Below are positions 12,137 through 24,662 of a stretch of DNA of 64,000 nt, one piece after another. Position numbers and translations under genes: made by a program. The notes under the pieces are model-generated. The model saw only the letters and a list, made by a program, of their open reading frames with translations. It was not told the origin of the DNA and ran no database searches. The DNA comes from Balanoglossus misakiensis (Eukaryota; Animalia; Hemichordata), in NCBI GenBank assembly GCA_040954595.2, contig CM082588.2, positions 3,184,513 through 3,248,512 on the forward strand. Direction: 5' to 3'. The stretch's first letter is position 1. Each line of letters starts with the position of its first letter.

Positions 12137-13153
12137 ATGGCAGACGCAAGCAACAAGACCCCCACCCTCACGGATGACGTTCTGACTACGGACGAAATGG
12201 GCAGTTTGATCGTCAGTATGGTGGTTCTTGTACCGGTGATCCTGTTTGGTACTGGTGGTAATGTGACCGTCTGCTGGATCATCGGGAATGTGAAGACTCT
12301 ACGGACCCCGGCCAATATCCAACTGCTTTGTATGGCTGTCGCAGACCTACTGACCTGTACCATCGTCTCGCCGCTGCTGTTGTACAGTGAAGTTGTCTAC
12401 ATACTCTATCACCACAGCGTCTTTGTGAACTATTCCATTTGCAGGGTGTACGTTTTCTTCGCTTTTCTGACCATTTGCACCACTGGTTCGAGTCTTACTG
12501 GACTCAGTATCACGCGCGCAATGGCCATAAGTGGCAGGTTTCAACGGCACGTCATACATGCCACGATCAAGACATCAATCGTTGTCAGCTACGTTATGGG
12601 GACACTTTTTGCCGGGGCTACAGCCGCGACAGGTTCGTTACGACTTTGCTTCATTGATGTTCCTGCGATGGAAAAAACAAATATTTTAAAATTTGTACAA
12701 TTGAGCGGTTTTAGTGTCATTATATTGTCTCTCTTCATAATTAGTTTGGCTTACTTGTATATATTATATAAGTGTTGCACAAGAAACGCCTCCCAACTGA
12801 CAGAAATTTATAACCGCAATGTCGAGAAGCGAGACTTAGCCACCATCAGGATTTGCTTCTTGTTGCTAGTCGTTTATATGGCGACATATCTGCCATTAGG
12901 GGGCTTAATGCTGCTCAGAATGTTTAAAGTGATATCTATTAATCTGTTTCATTCTCGTCCTATATTCACACTCTGTTATGCTGGAAGCATGCTCAACCCA
13001 ATCATATACTGTCTTTGGTCAGACAAATTTCGGAAGCACATCTGTTGTGTTCGCTCACCCAAAAAGAAGACCGCCAAATGTGAAAAAGTGTTCGTGGTCA
13101 ATAAGAAACCAAAAACACCCGGCACAGTGAGCACAGAGCGACTGCATATCTAA
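12137..13153 (+). CDS. Intronless orphan class A (rhodopsin-like) GPCR, ~338 aa
   Basis: Single ORF (first ATG 12137) with seven hydrophobic segments. TM1 GN (GTGGNVTV), 'LRTPANIQLLCMAVADLL', TM3 Cys, TM6 YLP, TM7 NPIIY, helix 8 'SDKFRKHI'. The DRY position reads TRA. Confidence 0.9.
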   Translation: MADASNKTPTLTDDVLTTDEMGSLIVSMVVLVPVILFGTGGNVTVCWIIGNVKTLRTPANIQLLCMAVADLLTCTIVSPLLLYSEVVYILYHHSVFVNYSICRVYVFFAFLTICTTGSSLTGLSITRAMAISGRFQRHVIHATIKTSIVVSYVMGTLFAGATAATGSLRLCFIDVPAMEKTNILKFVQLSGFSVIILSLFIISLAYLYILYKCCTRNASQLTEIYNRNVEKRDLATIRICFLLLVVYMATYLPLGGLMLLRMFKVISINLFHSRPIFTLCYAGSMLNPIIYCLWSDKFRKHICCVRSPKKKTAKCEKVFVVNKKPKTPGTVSTERLHI

Positions 13154-15568
13154 AAACAATGTAAGTCGCCTCTGTTCATGAGAAATATAGGCTAATGCCA
13201 CATTTTTTTCTGTCAAAATGGGGTGCAACGTATTAAAATTTTCACATATTTTAATCTCTTTGTTTCACTTTATTTTAGACAAAATAGAAATAATGTTTTC
13301 AAAAGTATTCATGTCTTGATCATCATTTGAGGAAAGTGTGAAAAAGTTTATGAATGTTGATTTTTCATAGATGACGACAAGTTGCCAAAATGGCGTTGAT
13401 AAGTTCAATGAACAGGCGGTCAATATTAAGTTATCATTCACATTAATGAGGTAGCCGTTATAGTTATTGCACTTATTTCGAATCAAATGTTAGTTATATG
13501 AAAATTCTCTAGTAATGTAATTTGCAATGGTGTCTACATGTATACATTTTTATCCGGTTTATCAAAGCACTACACTCAAAGTGAAGTCTTTTATTTGTTC
13601 CACCGCTTTAAAATTCGAGTATACAATAATATGTATAATGTATCACAAAATATAGCCACTAATGTACGACAATATTATCCAGAAAATACACATAATGCAT
13701 GGTCTTAAAAAAAGTAATGTAACTTGTAGTGGTGTCTATTTAGTATTTTAATATTGACGATTTTGTGCATTGTTATTTATTCTGTTTCCTAACTTCTTGT
13801 CCTTTTGACTTTTTGAGTGAAAATATATTGGATTCACACGAATGCTTACCACATTGTCACTTGTCATTTTGTCGCAATACCACACAACGCCTTTTAAGCT
13901 TCAAATGATCTTTTTCTCGCTTCCTGCCTTCACACCTAAAATGCAATATGCGATCATGTCTCGCTTAAAATCTATCAACCATACTTGAGATGTCGATAAC
14001 TCCGACACACAGGCAGCAGAATTGCACTCATTTTGAAAAGCATTAAAAGAGATCAACCAAGTCTGCAATTAAGAAAAATAACCTCGGGGACCACCATCCG
14101 GCACGTCTAAGATCTGTAGTTTGACCATATTTCGATTCAAATATCAATTTCTCAGTAATTGAACGTAGCATGTCACTGACCATCTCTTGGCTTTATGGTC
14201 CATTTTCTGTATTATAACTTGAAGAGCGGCAATTTTCCATCTCTGATATTATCTATGATTATAGCAATTTATCGACACCGCCATAATCCCCCCGTGAGTT
14301 GATCATTTTTTATGCCCGGAGCACAGAGTAAACGCGATGCTTTTATTGTTAAATTGCCGTGGATTTCAAGCAATACAGGGAACAAAAATGCTGGAGTTAC
14401 AACATACTAGTATTACACGGGTCACTGACCGCGGGATAGTTTCGCTGTTTAGGCTGCAAGTTTTTTTCTCTCGCAACTTTACCAAAACTTCAGCCGAATT
14501 AAACAAATCAGTTTGATATTTCCTTAACTTTGGCGATTCTGGTGAAACTTTCATTTTGAAGGACACTCAAGACAAGTCTCACATCAGTGACATGGTGTCT
14601 GATTAGCATAATTGGTCACAATGCAGTACTAGTAGTCATAAATGACATGCTCTGCGGTCTGTAGAGCAATTTTTTTGCATTACTTTTAACAAGCGATATA
14701 TTATGTTGTCTGAAGGTAATAGCGAATTCGAATTTCACTGACCTTTTGCCGGGGGCTTGTTGTTAGCTCACCTTCTTGTATGCAACACCCACACGCGTCA
14801 TAATTACACCAAATTGCTGCCAATTGGCGAGCTAGATGATTGTAACAAGATTACATAGTTCATTTCTATCAATTTCCACGCCGCAGAAGGATATAATATT
14901 TTTCTTTGGGGCTAGGAGGTTTAATTGAAGCTTCTTGCAAGGTTCAAGCGATTTCTAGCTATTACTATACACTCAGTTTACTATACTGTTGTTGGTCTCG
15001 TTCACCAGGGCCTAAGCGAGGTTACCTACGCTATCTGCAGTGGGGCCAGCCTGGTTATGTTGCGGTGTTCTACATTGAGGGCGCTTCAAGGTCACGTTCG
15101 GTTCGAGGTTCAAGGATTAGTGATCCACTGAATGATCCATCACTCAGAGAGCTTTATCGCAGCACCTTTCGCATCGCAACTGAAGTTAGCTCACTCGGAA
15201 TAACTATAAGGTTTGTGGTTTAAGCCAATCTTCCGGACTACTTTTGTTTTTATTCTTATGTCCAGAGATCACACACTACAGCCTATGTAGTGAGCTACGG
15301 GGTCGACCCCTATTTCGCTTATCATGGAACTGTGCGACGTTGTTTAGTAGGCCTCCAGAATATGACTGCGGGGTTAAAATATTACCCACTGGCGACCTCT
15401 TATTCCCGTGGCTGCGTTGCCAGTTTAGACCCGGCGCGACCACAGCAAACATATAATCATTGTAACGTTTGTGGGGTGGGGGCGCTGTCTTCTGACTCCT
15501 AACCGTTTTCTTCATCTTCCAGGACAGCCGTCTTCTTCCATCTGATGACCTAACATTCGGCCACTGAC

Positions 15569-17679
15569 ATGCACCACACGCAAAGCAGGTCGCCTGAGCA
15601 TGGTAACGCGGCGAGGGGGAAGTATGACCAGTTGAGGTCAAGGGAGCCCTCAAGTGGCCGAGAATACGAACAGGAGGCCAATCGGTATCTGCCGTCTACC
15701 GAACAAGAGCTGGGCCCTGTATCGGAATTCGAATATGGAAATCGAGGGGATGGTAACCATCGTCAAGAAAAGGCACCGAGAAAGTATTATTTGGAAACGT
15801 TTCTTCACTGTTTGGCTTTCTTCGGATTTGTAAGTACATTGAGGTTGTGGTATTCGTTTCAACCCCTTTAGTGACGCTTCAGTGATGCATTTCTTTTCCA
15901 CACTTTTCCCCAAAAATATTGAAGTCGTTTTACTATAAGAAGTCATGATTGTAGTCATCAAGAATGTGACAGTTCTTACGAATTATATATGTGTGCAATT
16001 CATAATTGTACAATTTCACATGTAAATAATTAATGATGACTTGACATGTCATTCTTTGTATCGTCGGCAATAAGAAACTTGTTCTTGTATGCAGGGTACT
16101 GGCATAGCTGTGATTGGACCAAGCCTACCAAGCCTCGGATATCAAGTGAACGAGACGATAGAGACCATAGCCTTGGTGTTTACGCTGCGGAGCGTGGGAT
16201 ACCTTCTGGGGGCAGTCTTGGCCGGGCAGCTCTTCGCCAAACTCAACGACCACCTGTTGCTGGGTGCGGCCATGTTGGGCATGGCCGGCGCTGGATTCGG
16301 CGCCGCTTGGTGCCATGATCTGGTCCTGCTGCTATTCGTCATGGCTGTGTGGGGATTTTGCATGGCTTTCGTGGATACAGGTAGGTTACCCGTGCTCTCT
16401 TTTCTAACACTGCTAACTCTAGAAGGGATGACGTTCACCACTGAAATCTTTCAGGCCAGACTAGGGTTGCCCGCTGAGCGACAGCCACTCGAGTTTTCAT
16501 TCAAGGGCTCTCATATCATTAGCTGCGCGTGCTTAAATATCCCTTTCAGATAAATTATCTGAGATGCCTACTGAAGACATCTGTTTAAATTCCCGCGTTT
16601 TAATTCTCACAGGTTGCAATTTCGTTTGTGTTAACCTGTGGAAGGAAGACACCGGGCCTTACATGCAAGCCATACATTTCTCCTTCGGAGTTGGTGCGAC
16701 GGTCAGTCCGTTGGTGGCGTCGCCATTTCTTCTAGACCAAGTGCTGTCTGGTCAATCTTCCCCGGTGAACATGACAACAACTTCGCTACCGGCTTCTAAT
16801 ACCACGGGTGAATATTATGACAATTGCCTAACTGGTCTTAGCGACACAAACTGTACATATGGCGGTGTTAGTGCCGGTGCTTTTCAACGACCGCGTCTGT
16901 GGGTGCCATACGGCGTTATTTCCACGTACAATCTTCTTGTCTCGCTGACGTTCTTTATTCTCTTGGCGAAAGACAAGGGAAAGTGTAGAACACTTCGGAA
17001 CATGTCAAAAAGCGAAAGTGCCCCCAGCCAAAAGACAAGAACGCGCAATGAAAGCATGAGGTTTTTCCTTGTTATTCTCACTCTGTGGTGTTTGTATTGC
17101 TTTTGCCACATCGGTCAAACGGCCATCTACGGGGGTTACATTTACACGTTCGCCATCGAGAGCCCACTGGGGTTTACTGCACGCAGCGCCAGCCTGTTAA
17201 CCGCCGTGTACTGGGGCAGCTTCACGGCCTTCCGCGGCGTATCGATATTTCTGGCAAAGAAACTCTCCCCAAGAGCCATGATCACATTAGACTTGGTCGG
17301 ACTCTGCGTCTTCGGCGTGGCACTGTCGCTCTTCGCCGACGACGTCGTGCAGGTGCTGTGGATCGGCACCGTCGCTCTCGGAATGTCGTGCGCCAACATG
17401 TTTCCCAGCGGTATGTCGTGGGCGCAGGCGCAGATTAAGATCAGCAGCCGAGCCACGGCCACGGTCATTGTCTCGTCGTCCTTGACCCAAATGACTTTCC
17501 CCTGGGTCTCGGGAGTGATATTGGCGTCCTACGGGATTATGGCCATGATGCACCTGAACTTGGCCGTGATTCTGTTGAATACATTGACCTATGTTGCCAT
17601 GGAGATAACTGCTTCCAAATATGGGACCCGCGGCAACGATTACCAACTTTCTGCCACGTCAGCTGACGTCCAGTTATGA
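15569..17679 (+). CDS. MFSD4: MFS transporter, MFSD4/sodium-dependent glucose transporter 1-like; 3 coding exons, ~537 aa
   Basis: Exons 15569-15829, 16095-16380 and 16613-17679 (GT-AG, 1614 nt, in frame). MFSD4/FucP-like motifs: 'IAVIGPSLPSL', 'AFVDTGCN', 'GPYMQAIHFSFGVGATVSPLVA', 'YGGYIYTFA', 'LTAVYWGSFTAFRG'. The start codon is uncertain: an acceptor-like TTCCAG near 15522 suggests an upstream exon. AATAAA at ~17948. Confidence 0.88.
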
Positions 17680-17953
17680 CACTTTTAAGAAGGAAGGATC
17701 CCCATTCTAAATCCGCTATATACCCGACTTACATGTATATTTTAGTATCTTATCATGTACTACTGTCATGTATCCCCGGACAACTAATCGAAGAACGCAC
17801 AGAGAATATCATGTTTCAATTTTCATTTCATTAATATCCCGAACTGATTTTATGGCTCTGGTAGAACTTTCAGTTTCCGATTTTGAAGGAAATAATTTAA
17901 TTTCACTTCTTTCAGGAACTAAATATGTATGGAGGGTATTTGATAAAAATAAA

Positions 17954-19258
17954 GAAACGACAAAATGACCGAAATTTGCAAAGTCAAGATTTTGTCATCT
18001 TTCGACAATTTTCATGAGCTATAACCCATGAAAAATGTCATGAATCGACAAAATGATCGAAATTCGCAAAGTCGGAAAACTCTCATTTTTTATAAAAATC
18101 ATGAGCTATAACCCATGAAAAATGTCATGAAACGACAAAATGATCGACATTCGCAAAGTCGGGAAACTGTCATTTTTTATAAAAATCATGAGCTATAACC
18201 CATGAAAAATGTCCTGAAACGACAAAATGACCGAAATTCGCAAAGTCGGGAAACTGACATTTTTTATAAAAATCATGAGCTATAACCCATGAAAAATGTC
18301 CTGAAACGACAAAATGACCGAAATTCGCAAAGTCGGGAAACTGTCATTTTTTATAAAAATCATGAGCTATAACCCATGAAAAATGTCATGAAACGACAAA
18401 ATGACCGAAATTCGCAAAGTCGGAAAACTCTCATTTTTTATAAAAATCATGAGCTATAACCCATGAAAAATGTCATGAAACGACAAAATGACCGAAATTC
18501 GCAAAGTCGGGAAACTGTCATTTTTTGATAAAAATCATGAGCTATAACCCATGAAAAATGTCATGAAACGACAAAATGACCGAAAGTCGGGAAACTGTCA
18601 TTTTTTATAAAAATCATGAGCTATAACCCATGAAAAATGTCCTGAAACGACAAAATGACCGAAATTCGCAAAGTCGGGAAACTGTCATTTTTTATAAAAA
18701 TCATGAGCTATAACCCATGAAAAATGTCATAAAACGACAAAATGACCGAAATTCGCAAAGTCGGGAAACTGTCATTTTTTTATAAAAATCCTGAGCTATA
18801 ACCCATGAAATATGTCATGAAGCGACAAAATGACCGAAATTCGCGAAGTCGGGAAACTGTCATTTTTTGATAAAAATCATGAGCTATAACCCATGAAAAA
18901 TGTCATGAAACGACAAAATGACCGAAATTCGCAAAGTCGGGAAACTGTCATTTTTTGATAAAAATCATGAGCTATAACCCATGAAAAATGTCATGAAACG
19001 ACAAAATGACCGAAATTCGCAAAGTCGGGAAACTGTCATTTTTTGATAAAAATCATGAGCTATAACCCATGAAAAATGTCATGAAACGACAAAATGACCG
19101 AAATTCGCAAAGTCGGGAAACTGTCATTTTTTGATAAAAATCATGAGCTATAACCCATGAAAAATGTCATGAAACGACAAAATGACCGAAATTCGCAAAG
19201 TCGGGAAACTGTCATTTTTTTTATAAAAATCAGGAGCTATAACCCATGAAATATGTCA
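17954..19258 (+). repeat. Satellite array, 87-88-bp unit, ~15 copies (left array)
   Basis: Unit AAAATGACCGAAATTCGCAAAGTCGGGAAACTGTCATTTTTTATAAAAATCATGAGCTATAACCCATGAAAAATGTCATGAAACGAC; period 87 measured from 18311 to 18398. Confidence 0.97.
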
Positions 19259-19414
19259 CCACTCTTGGATTCCGCCAACCATCCTCTTTTCAGTTGTGTT
19301 AATGAATTTAAGAGAAAGAAAGGGATGAAACAATGTTTCGTTCGCGGTCAGAAACGTTTCTTGAAAAGTTGACGCCTGGTGGCGACAAACACAAGTTACT
19401 TGTGATAATTAATC

Positions 19415-19520
19415 GACTTCCTGATTGGTTTATTTGAATGATTACAAGTCCCTGATTGGCCGTTTACTGCATGAACAAAGCTGGTATGTGTTGGCTCTCA
19501 ATTGGTATACATGCAAATCA
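19415..19520. promoter_or_regulatory. Cluster of inverted CCAAT boxes plus an octamer motif (candidate promoter)
   Basis: CTGATTGGTT (~19421), CTGATTGGCC (~19452), CAATTGG (~19499) and ATGCAAAT (19511). Motif match only. Confidence 0.3.
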
Positions 19521-20049
19521 TTATCTCCAGTATGTCCGATCAGCAGTCAGTGAATGGTCAGTCTGCCCAAACAAAATTTGTTTATCAATAGATTATGAAT
19601 AATGAGTTGGTGGTTGCAGTCACGTTTTTCTCGATGTCCATCGTTTTTCATGATGTCCACGTTTGCTCTGATTTTTCCAGTGAAAAAATCAAATTTTCTT
19701 CCCATTTTCCGCACTTGGATGTGCTGAAGTTGTTACAATTTGAGGTAAGTCATGACTGTTTTCCCGTCTAGGAACAGAAACATGTCTGTAAGGCCAGAAA
19801 GTTGTCCAGAAAGATTTTTGAAAATGTCCATTGTTAGTGGGTGGCGTTTGCCCAAGCATGGAGAAAGACAGCGTTATTTGCGGAGACCATAAAAACGCCT
19901 GTACAATAGTTGAGGATAAAAAAAATGACGTTTTCGGGTTTAAAACCCCTTCGTTTTCATCTTCTCCACTGGCCGGTAAATATTTTATAAACCCATTCTC
20001 ACTTTTCGCAGTTTTACCATTTTTAGGTCGTTCAAAAGTGCTATTTGCT

Positions 20050-20610
20050 GTTCGTTCGTTTTTGTGCCATCGGCCGCGGCCGCACACGCTTTGTTCAAAT
20101 TTGCGTCACTGGAACGTATCAAGCTCAAAACTTGCCTGTTTATGTATCTCTAAATTCATAAATGCAATTTGTTCCTCGCTGTGTTTCCGTTAGCGTTAGA
20201 GTAATACGCGCATATTTCTGTCTCTGAACTCGAATTAAAATCGTTCGTGTAGGATAAAGTACTCTTTGTCGTTCGTTTTGTGCCATCGGCCGCACACGCT
20301 TTGTTCAAATTTACTTCACTGGAAAATATCAAAACTTTCCTTCTTGTGTATCTCTAAATTCATAAATGCAATTAGTGAGAATTTCATTGCTGTCATTTTA
20401 GTGATGTATTTGTTTTCATGAAACTTTCGTTTTCGTTATTTCGTGGTTCGTTTCGTGTCAATGGCTGAACACGCTTTGTTCAACTTTGTTTCACTGGAAA
20501 GTATCAGTTCAAAAATTGCCCGTTTGTGTATTTTTTATTCCTTTTTGTAGTGCAACGTGCGAGCATTTCATTTGTCATTTTACTGGTGCATTTGTCTTAA
20601 TGAAACTTTC
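20050..20610 (+). repeat. Three degenerate ~190-210-bp direct repeats
   Basis: Core (GC)ACACGCTTTGTTCAA.TTT...CACTGGAA..TATCA...AAAAC/ATT recurs near 20082, 20292 and 20468. Confidence 0.75.
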
Positions 20611-21679
20611 ATTTTTTTTTATTTAGAACGTTATGGGATGGAACATTTCACCGAGCCCAACTAAACGCCGCGTGGTCTTCAACGGAGCAGTGAAAGTACG
20701 TCACTCATTACAATTACTCATTAAGATTCAGTCAGTCAGATGCATTGATGGCAGACAACCGTGCTTATGTTGACTCGCTGGATACTATTTTATTATGTTT
20801 GTTGCGGCAGTTGTCCATCAAATTAGTCAGTGCAACGTCAAAAAAGTTGCACAGGACAAGCCGCTTTCAAGCAACTTTCATTACTCCAACATGACATTTT
20901 ATCCCGACACTTCTGTTGGTACAATTTTGCCAGTTTGATGAAAAACTACAAAAACTCTAGAATTGCAGCTGTAGTAAATAAACTGTACTGAATTACAAAA
21001 GTGACTCTTTTTCAAGCAACATGTTAAACGTTTCTTGTCCGAAAATGCCAACGAAGTACAAGGATTTTATGTCATGATATAGGGGTCATGAAAGTGACTT
21101 GTAGAGATGATCTCAACTCGCCAGTTGCCAGTTTGCACAAGATTTCGCGAAATCTATAATTGTCTTGCCATAAGAGTAGCTAGTGCGACACAGTTCATTA
21201 GTTGCTTTGTTCATCCAAGTGCAGGCGTGTGTGTGTTGTTATTGATTTATAATAAAATGAACAGAATGATTGCTTGCTGGTGTTTAAATATGGTCTTTTA
21301 TTTTTTGTAAACAGCCAGGTTAGGATTAGGGTCACTTTGCCCCACATCCCTCCCTTTCTGTACATATTTCTAAATTTTTACCAGAAATTTTTAGCTCCCA
21401 TTAAGTGAATTACTGATATATGTCACTGTTGCGAGGTTGTCTGGATGACCACATGAAGTAACAGTCTTGGTGCATGGTCCTCTTTTGGACCATCCCCAGA
21501 GGTTGTACTGATCTCTGTGACTGTTGCGAGGTTGTCTGGATAGACACATGAAGTAACAGTGACCATCCCCAGATGTAAATGTAGTTGTACTCTTCTAAAC
21601 TGATAGTGGTAAAACATATAGTAATATTCTAGAATTTAATATGCAAATTGTAGTGATCAACAATAGTAGAAAATAACTC

Positions 21680-22030
21680 AAGCAAGTCCTATAAATTTAG
21701 AAAGTAAACAGGGTGCTCACTGTCTTTTTTCATTGATATAATTTTTCTCAAATTTGGCGGCCATTTTGAATTTCAAATTTGAGACTAGTCATCAGCCAAC
21801 TCTTAAATATTACAAGTTTTCTTTATTCACATAATATGAGCTAGCAAGTCGCATAAAATTAAAAAGAAAACAGGGTATTCACTGTCTTTTTTTTTATTGA
21901 TATCACTACTTAAATTTTCTCATAGAGTTAACACAAATTTGGCGGCCATTTTGAATTTCAAATTTGAGACTAGTCATCTTAAAGATTTTCATTGATTTTT
22001 TTTTCAAGTTTTCTTTATTCATATAAAATG
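21680..22030 (+). repeat. Locally duplicated interspersed-repeat fragment
   Basis: AAATTTGGCGGCCATTTTGAATTTCAAATTTGAGACTAGTCATC occurs twice (~21750, ~21935) with shared upstream sequence. The core recurs inverted at ~58540 (TTGAAATTCAAAATGGCCGCC). Confidence 0.7.
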
Positions 22031-22823
22031 AGGTGAGTTTGAAATCAAAACATTCATAAATTTTGTTTGCATAAAAAATAAATTTAAACTACCGTAATAA
22101 TTTACAATTCCAGTTGATTTAGGAGTTGCAAAAAAATGGCAGTTTCATGATAGATTGTACACTGCAGTGCCTTTGCACAGCATATGCAAACAGATTGAAT
22201 AAATTTTCAGGTCAGGTAGCTGTGATTCTTACACTGAAAATTTGGTGCTCGGGTCATAGGTCATTTTAAACAAGCAGAATATTGTACATGTATTATAAAT
22301 TAGAAACTTTAATACAGTGGCAATTAGCTGGTATTCCATGTCTAAACTCATGAAATTCAGTAATAATGAGCTTTACAAAAACTTGTATAAAAATTAGGGT
22401 AATATGACAGGTAAAAATTGATTAAAAGGAAAGTTTGAAAAGATCCAATTGAAGTAGCAGATTAGAACAGAACACAGTTCCGTAATTTCGGACTTCCAAC
22501 AGTCTTGCTTGAGATAACTTCAGTTAAAACACACTCTCTCTTACGAATGTAATTTTAATTAATAAGTCATTGCCTATTTAACTACATTCAAAATTTAATG
22601 AAATGACAATAATAGAAATAGGCAGTCTAGAATGTGTGCATGTATAATCCACAGATTTAAAATTTAGAAATATTGTATGCTTGATAGATTCCAAAACTGC
22701 ATTAAATCTTAATTGATGTGTACAACCTTCCCTGCACCTAAGGACGAAAAATAAAATTTGATTAGAATAACGTAACATTAAAATTAATATGAGGGATAAC
22801 TTAGCAATGTAATTGTGTGTGTG

Positions 22824-23000
22824 TCTTACTTCGGTTGATCTAAGTTAATTTTTTTTTACAAGTGCATTATGGACATCATAATCTATGCAAGATCTTTTTA
22901 GATGCAAAACATTTTTGCATTTGAAAAGATCTTGCATAGATTATGATGCCCATAATGCACTTGTAAAAAAAAAATTTACCTTTGCTCAACCGAAGTAAGA
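22824..23000. repeat. 177-bp near-perfect palindrome (hairpin/cruciform)
   Basis: TCTTACTTCGGTTGA...TACAAGTGCATTATGG...GCAAGATCTTTT...ATGCAAAA-CAT-TTTTGCAT...AAAAGATCTTGC...CCATAATGCACTTGTA...TCAACCGAAGTAAGA. Confidence 0.92.
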
Positions 23001-23140
23001 GTTGTGCTAGAGATTTATTAGTCTTTGCTAGACACTCATGGGGAGGTTAGGGTGGGGGTTTGGGATGGCATATAAAAAGCCAAAAAAAAAAACTAAGTCA
23101 GAAACGCTAAAAATTTGAAATTTGTCTATACCTCCACGTT

Positions 23141-23214
23141 GGGGCATATACAAGTTTCAAAAATTTTCTAAGTTTTCTTTGACTTAGAAAATTTTTGAAA
23201 CTTGTGTATGCCCC
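23141..23214. repeat. 74-bp hairpin (33-bp arms, 1 mismatch, 8-nt loop)
   Basis: GGGGCATATACAAGTTTCAAAAATTTTCTAAGT paired with ACTTAGAAAATTTTTGAAACTTGTGTATGCCCC. Confidence 0.92.
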
Positions 23215-23454
23215 TTACATAACTTGCATTTTCTAACACTTGCCTTGTCTTTTCAGATCCCGGCTGGACTCCACTTCTTTCGATTGGTCATCAACCATTC
23301 AACAGATAGACCTGAAACGACAAGTGAATACGAGTTAAATTTCAATATTCAATATTTCAATATTTCAAAATTTGTCATGATTTACTAGAAAATTAAATAA
23401 AATACAATAAATTTCAATCCTTGGTGTCTGCTTTTTTGTAAAAAAAAAAAAAAA

Positions 23455-24180
23455 AAATTTCACTCTATACTTATTAAAAACACTTAGAAATTTTTCAGGC
23501 TTCACTCTATACTTATTAAAAACACTAAGAAATTTTTCAGGCTTCACTCTATACTTATTAAAAACACTTAGAAATTTTTCAGGCTTCACTCTATACTTAT
23601 TAAAAACACTTAGAAATTTTTCAGGCTTTACTCTATACTTTGACATTAAAAAACACTTAGAAATTTTTCAGGCTATCACTCTATACTTTGACATTAAAAA
23701 ACACTTAGAAATTTTTCAGGCTATCAATCTATACTTAGACATTAAAAAACACTTAGAAATTTTTCAGGCTATCACTCTATACTTAGACATTAAAAAACAC
23801 TTAGAAATTTTTCAGGCTATCACTCTATACTTTGACATTAAAAACACTTAGAAATTTTTCAGGCTTCACTCTATACTTTGACATTAAAAACACTAACTTA
23901 GAAATTTTTCAGGCTTCACTCTATACTTTGACATTAAAAAACACTTAGACATTTTTCAAGCTATCACTCTATACTTTGACATTAAAAAAACTTAGAAATT
24001 GTTCAGGCTTTACTCTATACTTTGACATTAAAAAACACTTAGAAATTTTTCAGGCTATCACTCTATACTTTGACATTAAAAAAAACTTAGACATTTTTCA
24101 AGCTATCACTCTATACTTTCGCATTAGGAAAAAACTTGGAAATTTTTCAAGCTTTACTCTATACTTAAACAAAAATAACT
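23455..24180 (+). repeat. Minisatellite with 42-bp then ~47-bp units; degenerate continuation at ~24430-24660
   Basis: Unit CACTCTATACTT(TGAC)ATTAAAAA(A)CACTTAGAAATTTTTCAGGCT(T/AT). Confidence 0.92.
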
Positions 24181-24662
24181 AAAAATTTTTTTTTGAAATT
24201 TGCGCATGCCCCTCTATACTTGTATTTTCTAATACATACCTTGTCTTTTCAGATCCCGGCTGGACTCCACTTCTTTCGATTGGTCATCAACCATTCAACA
24301 GATAGACCTGAAACGACAAGTGAATACGAGTGAAATTTCAATACTTTGGTTTTGTCATGATTTAGTAGAAAATGAAATAAAATACAATAAAATAAATTTC
24401 AATCCTTGGTGTGTGCTTTTTTGTAAAAAAAAAACACTTCGAAAATTTTCAGGCTTTACTCTATACTTTAACATTAAAAAAAACTTATACATTTTTCAGA
24501 ATTTACTCTATACCTGCATTCAAAAAAAACTTTTTTCAGAATTTACTCTATACTTTCATTCAAAAAAAAACTTAGAATATTTATCAGAATTTACTCTATA
24601 CTTTCATTAAAAAAAACTAAGAATATTTTTCACGTTTTACTCTATAACTGCATTAAAAAAAA

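Noticed and set aside
19689-20193. Overlapping 132-aa and 120-aa ORFs in the composite core
   Set aside because: Non-ATG starts and no transposase, Rep or other recognisable motif.
23365-23646. ORF with repeated KYRVKPEKFLSVFN
   Set aside because: Translation of the 42-bp minisatellite.
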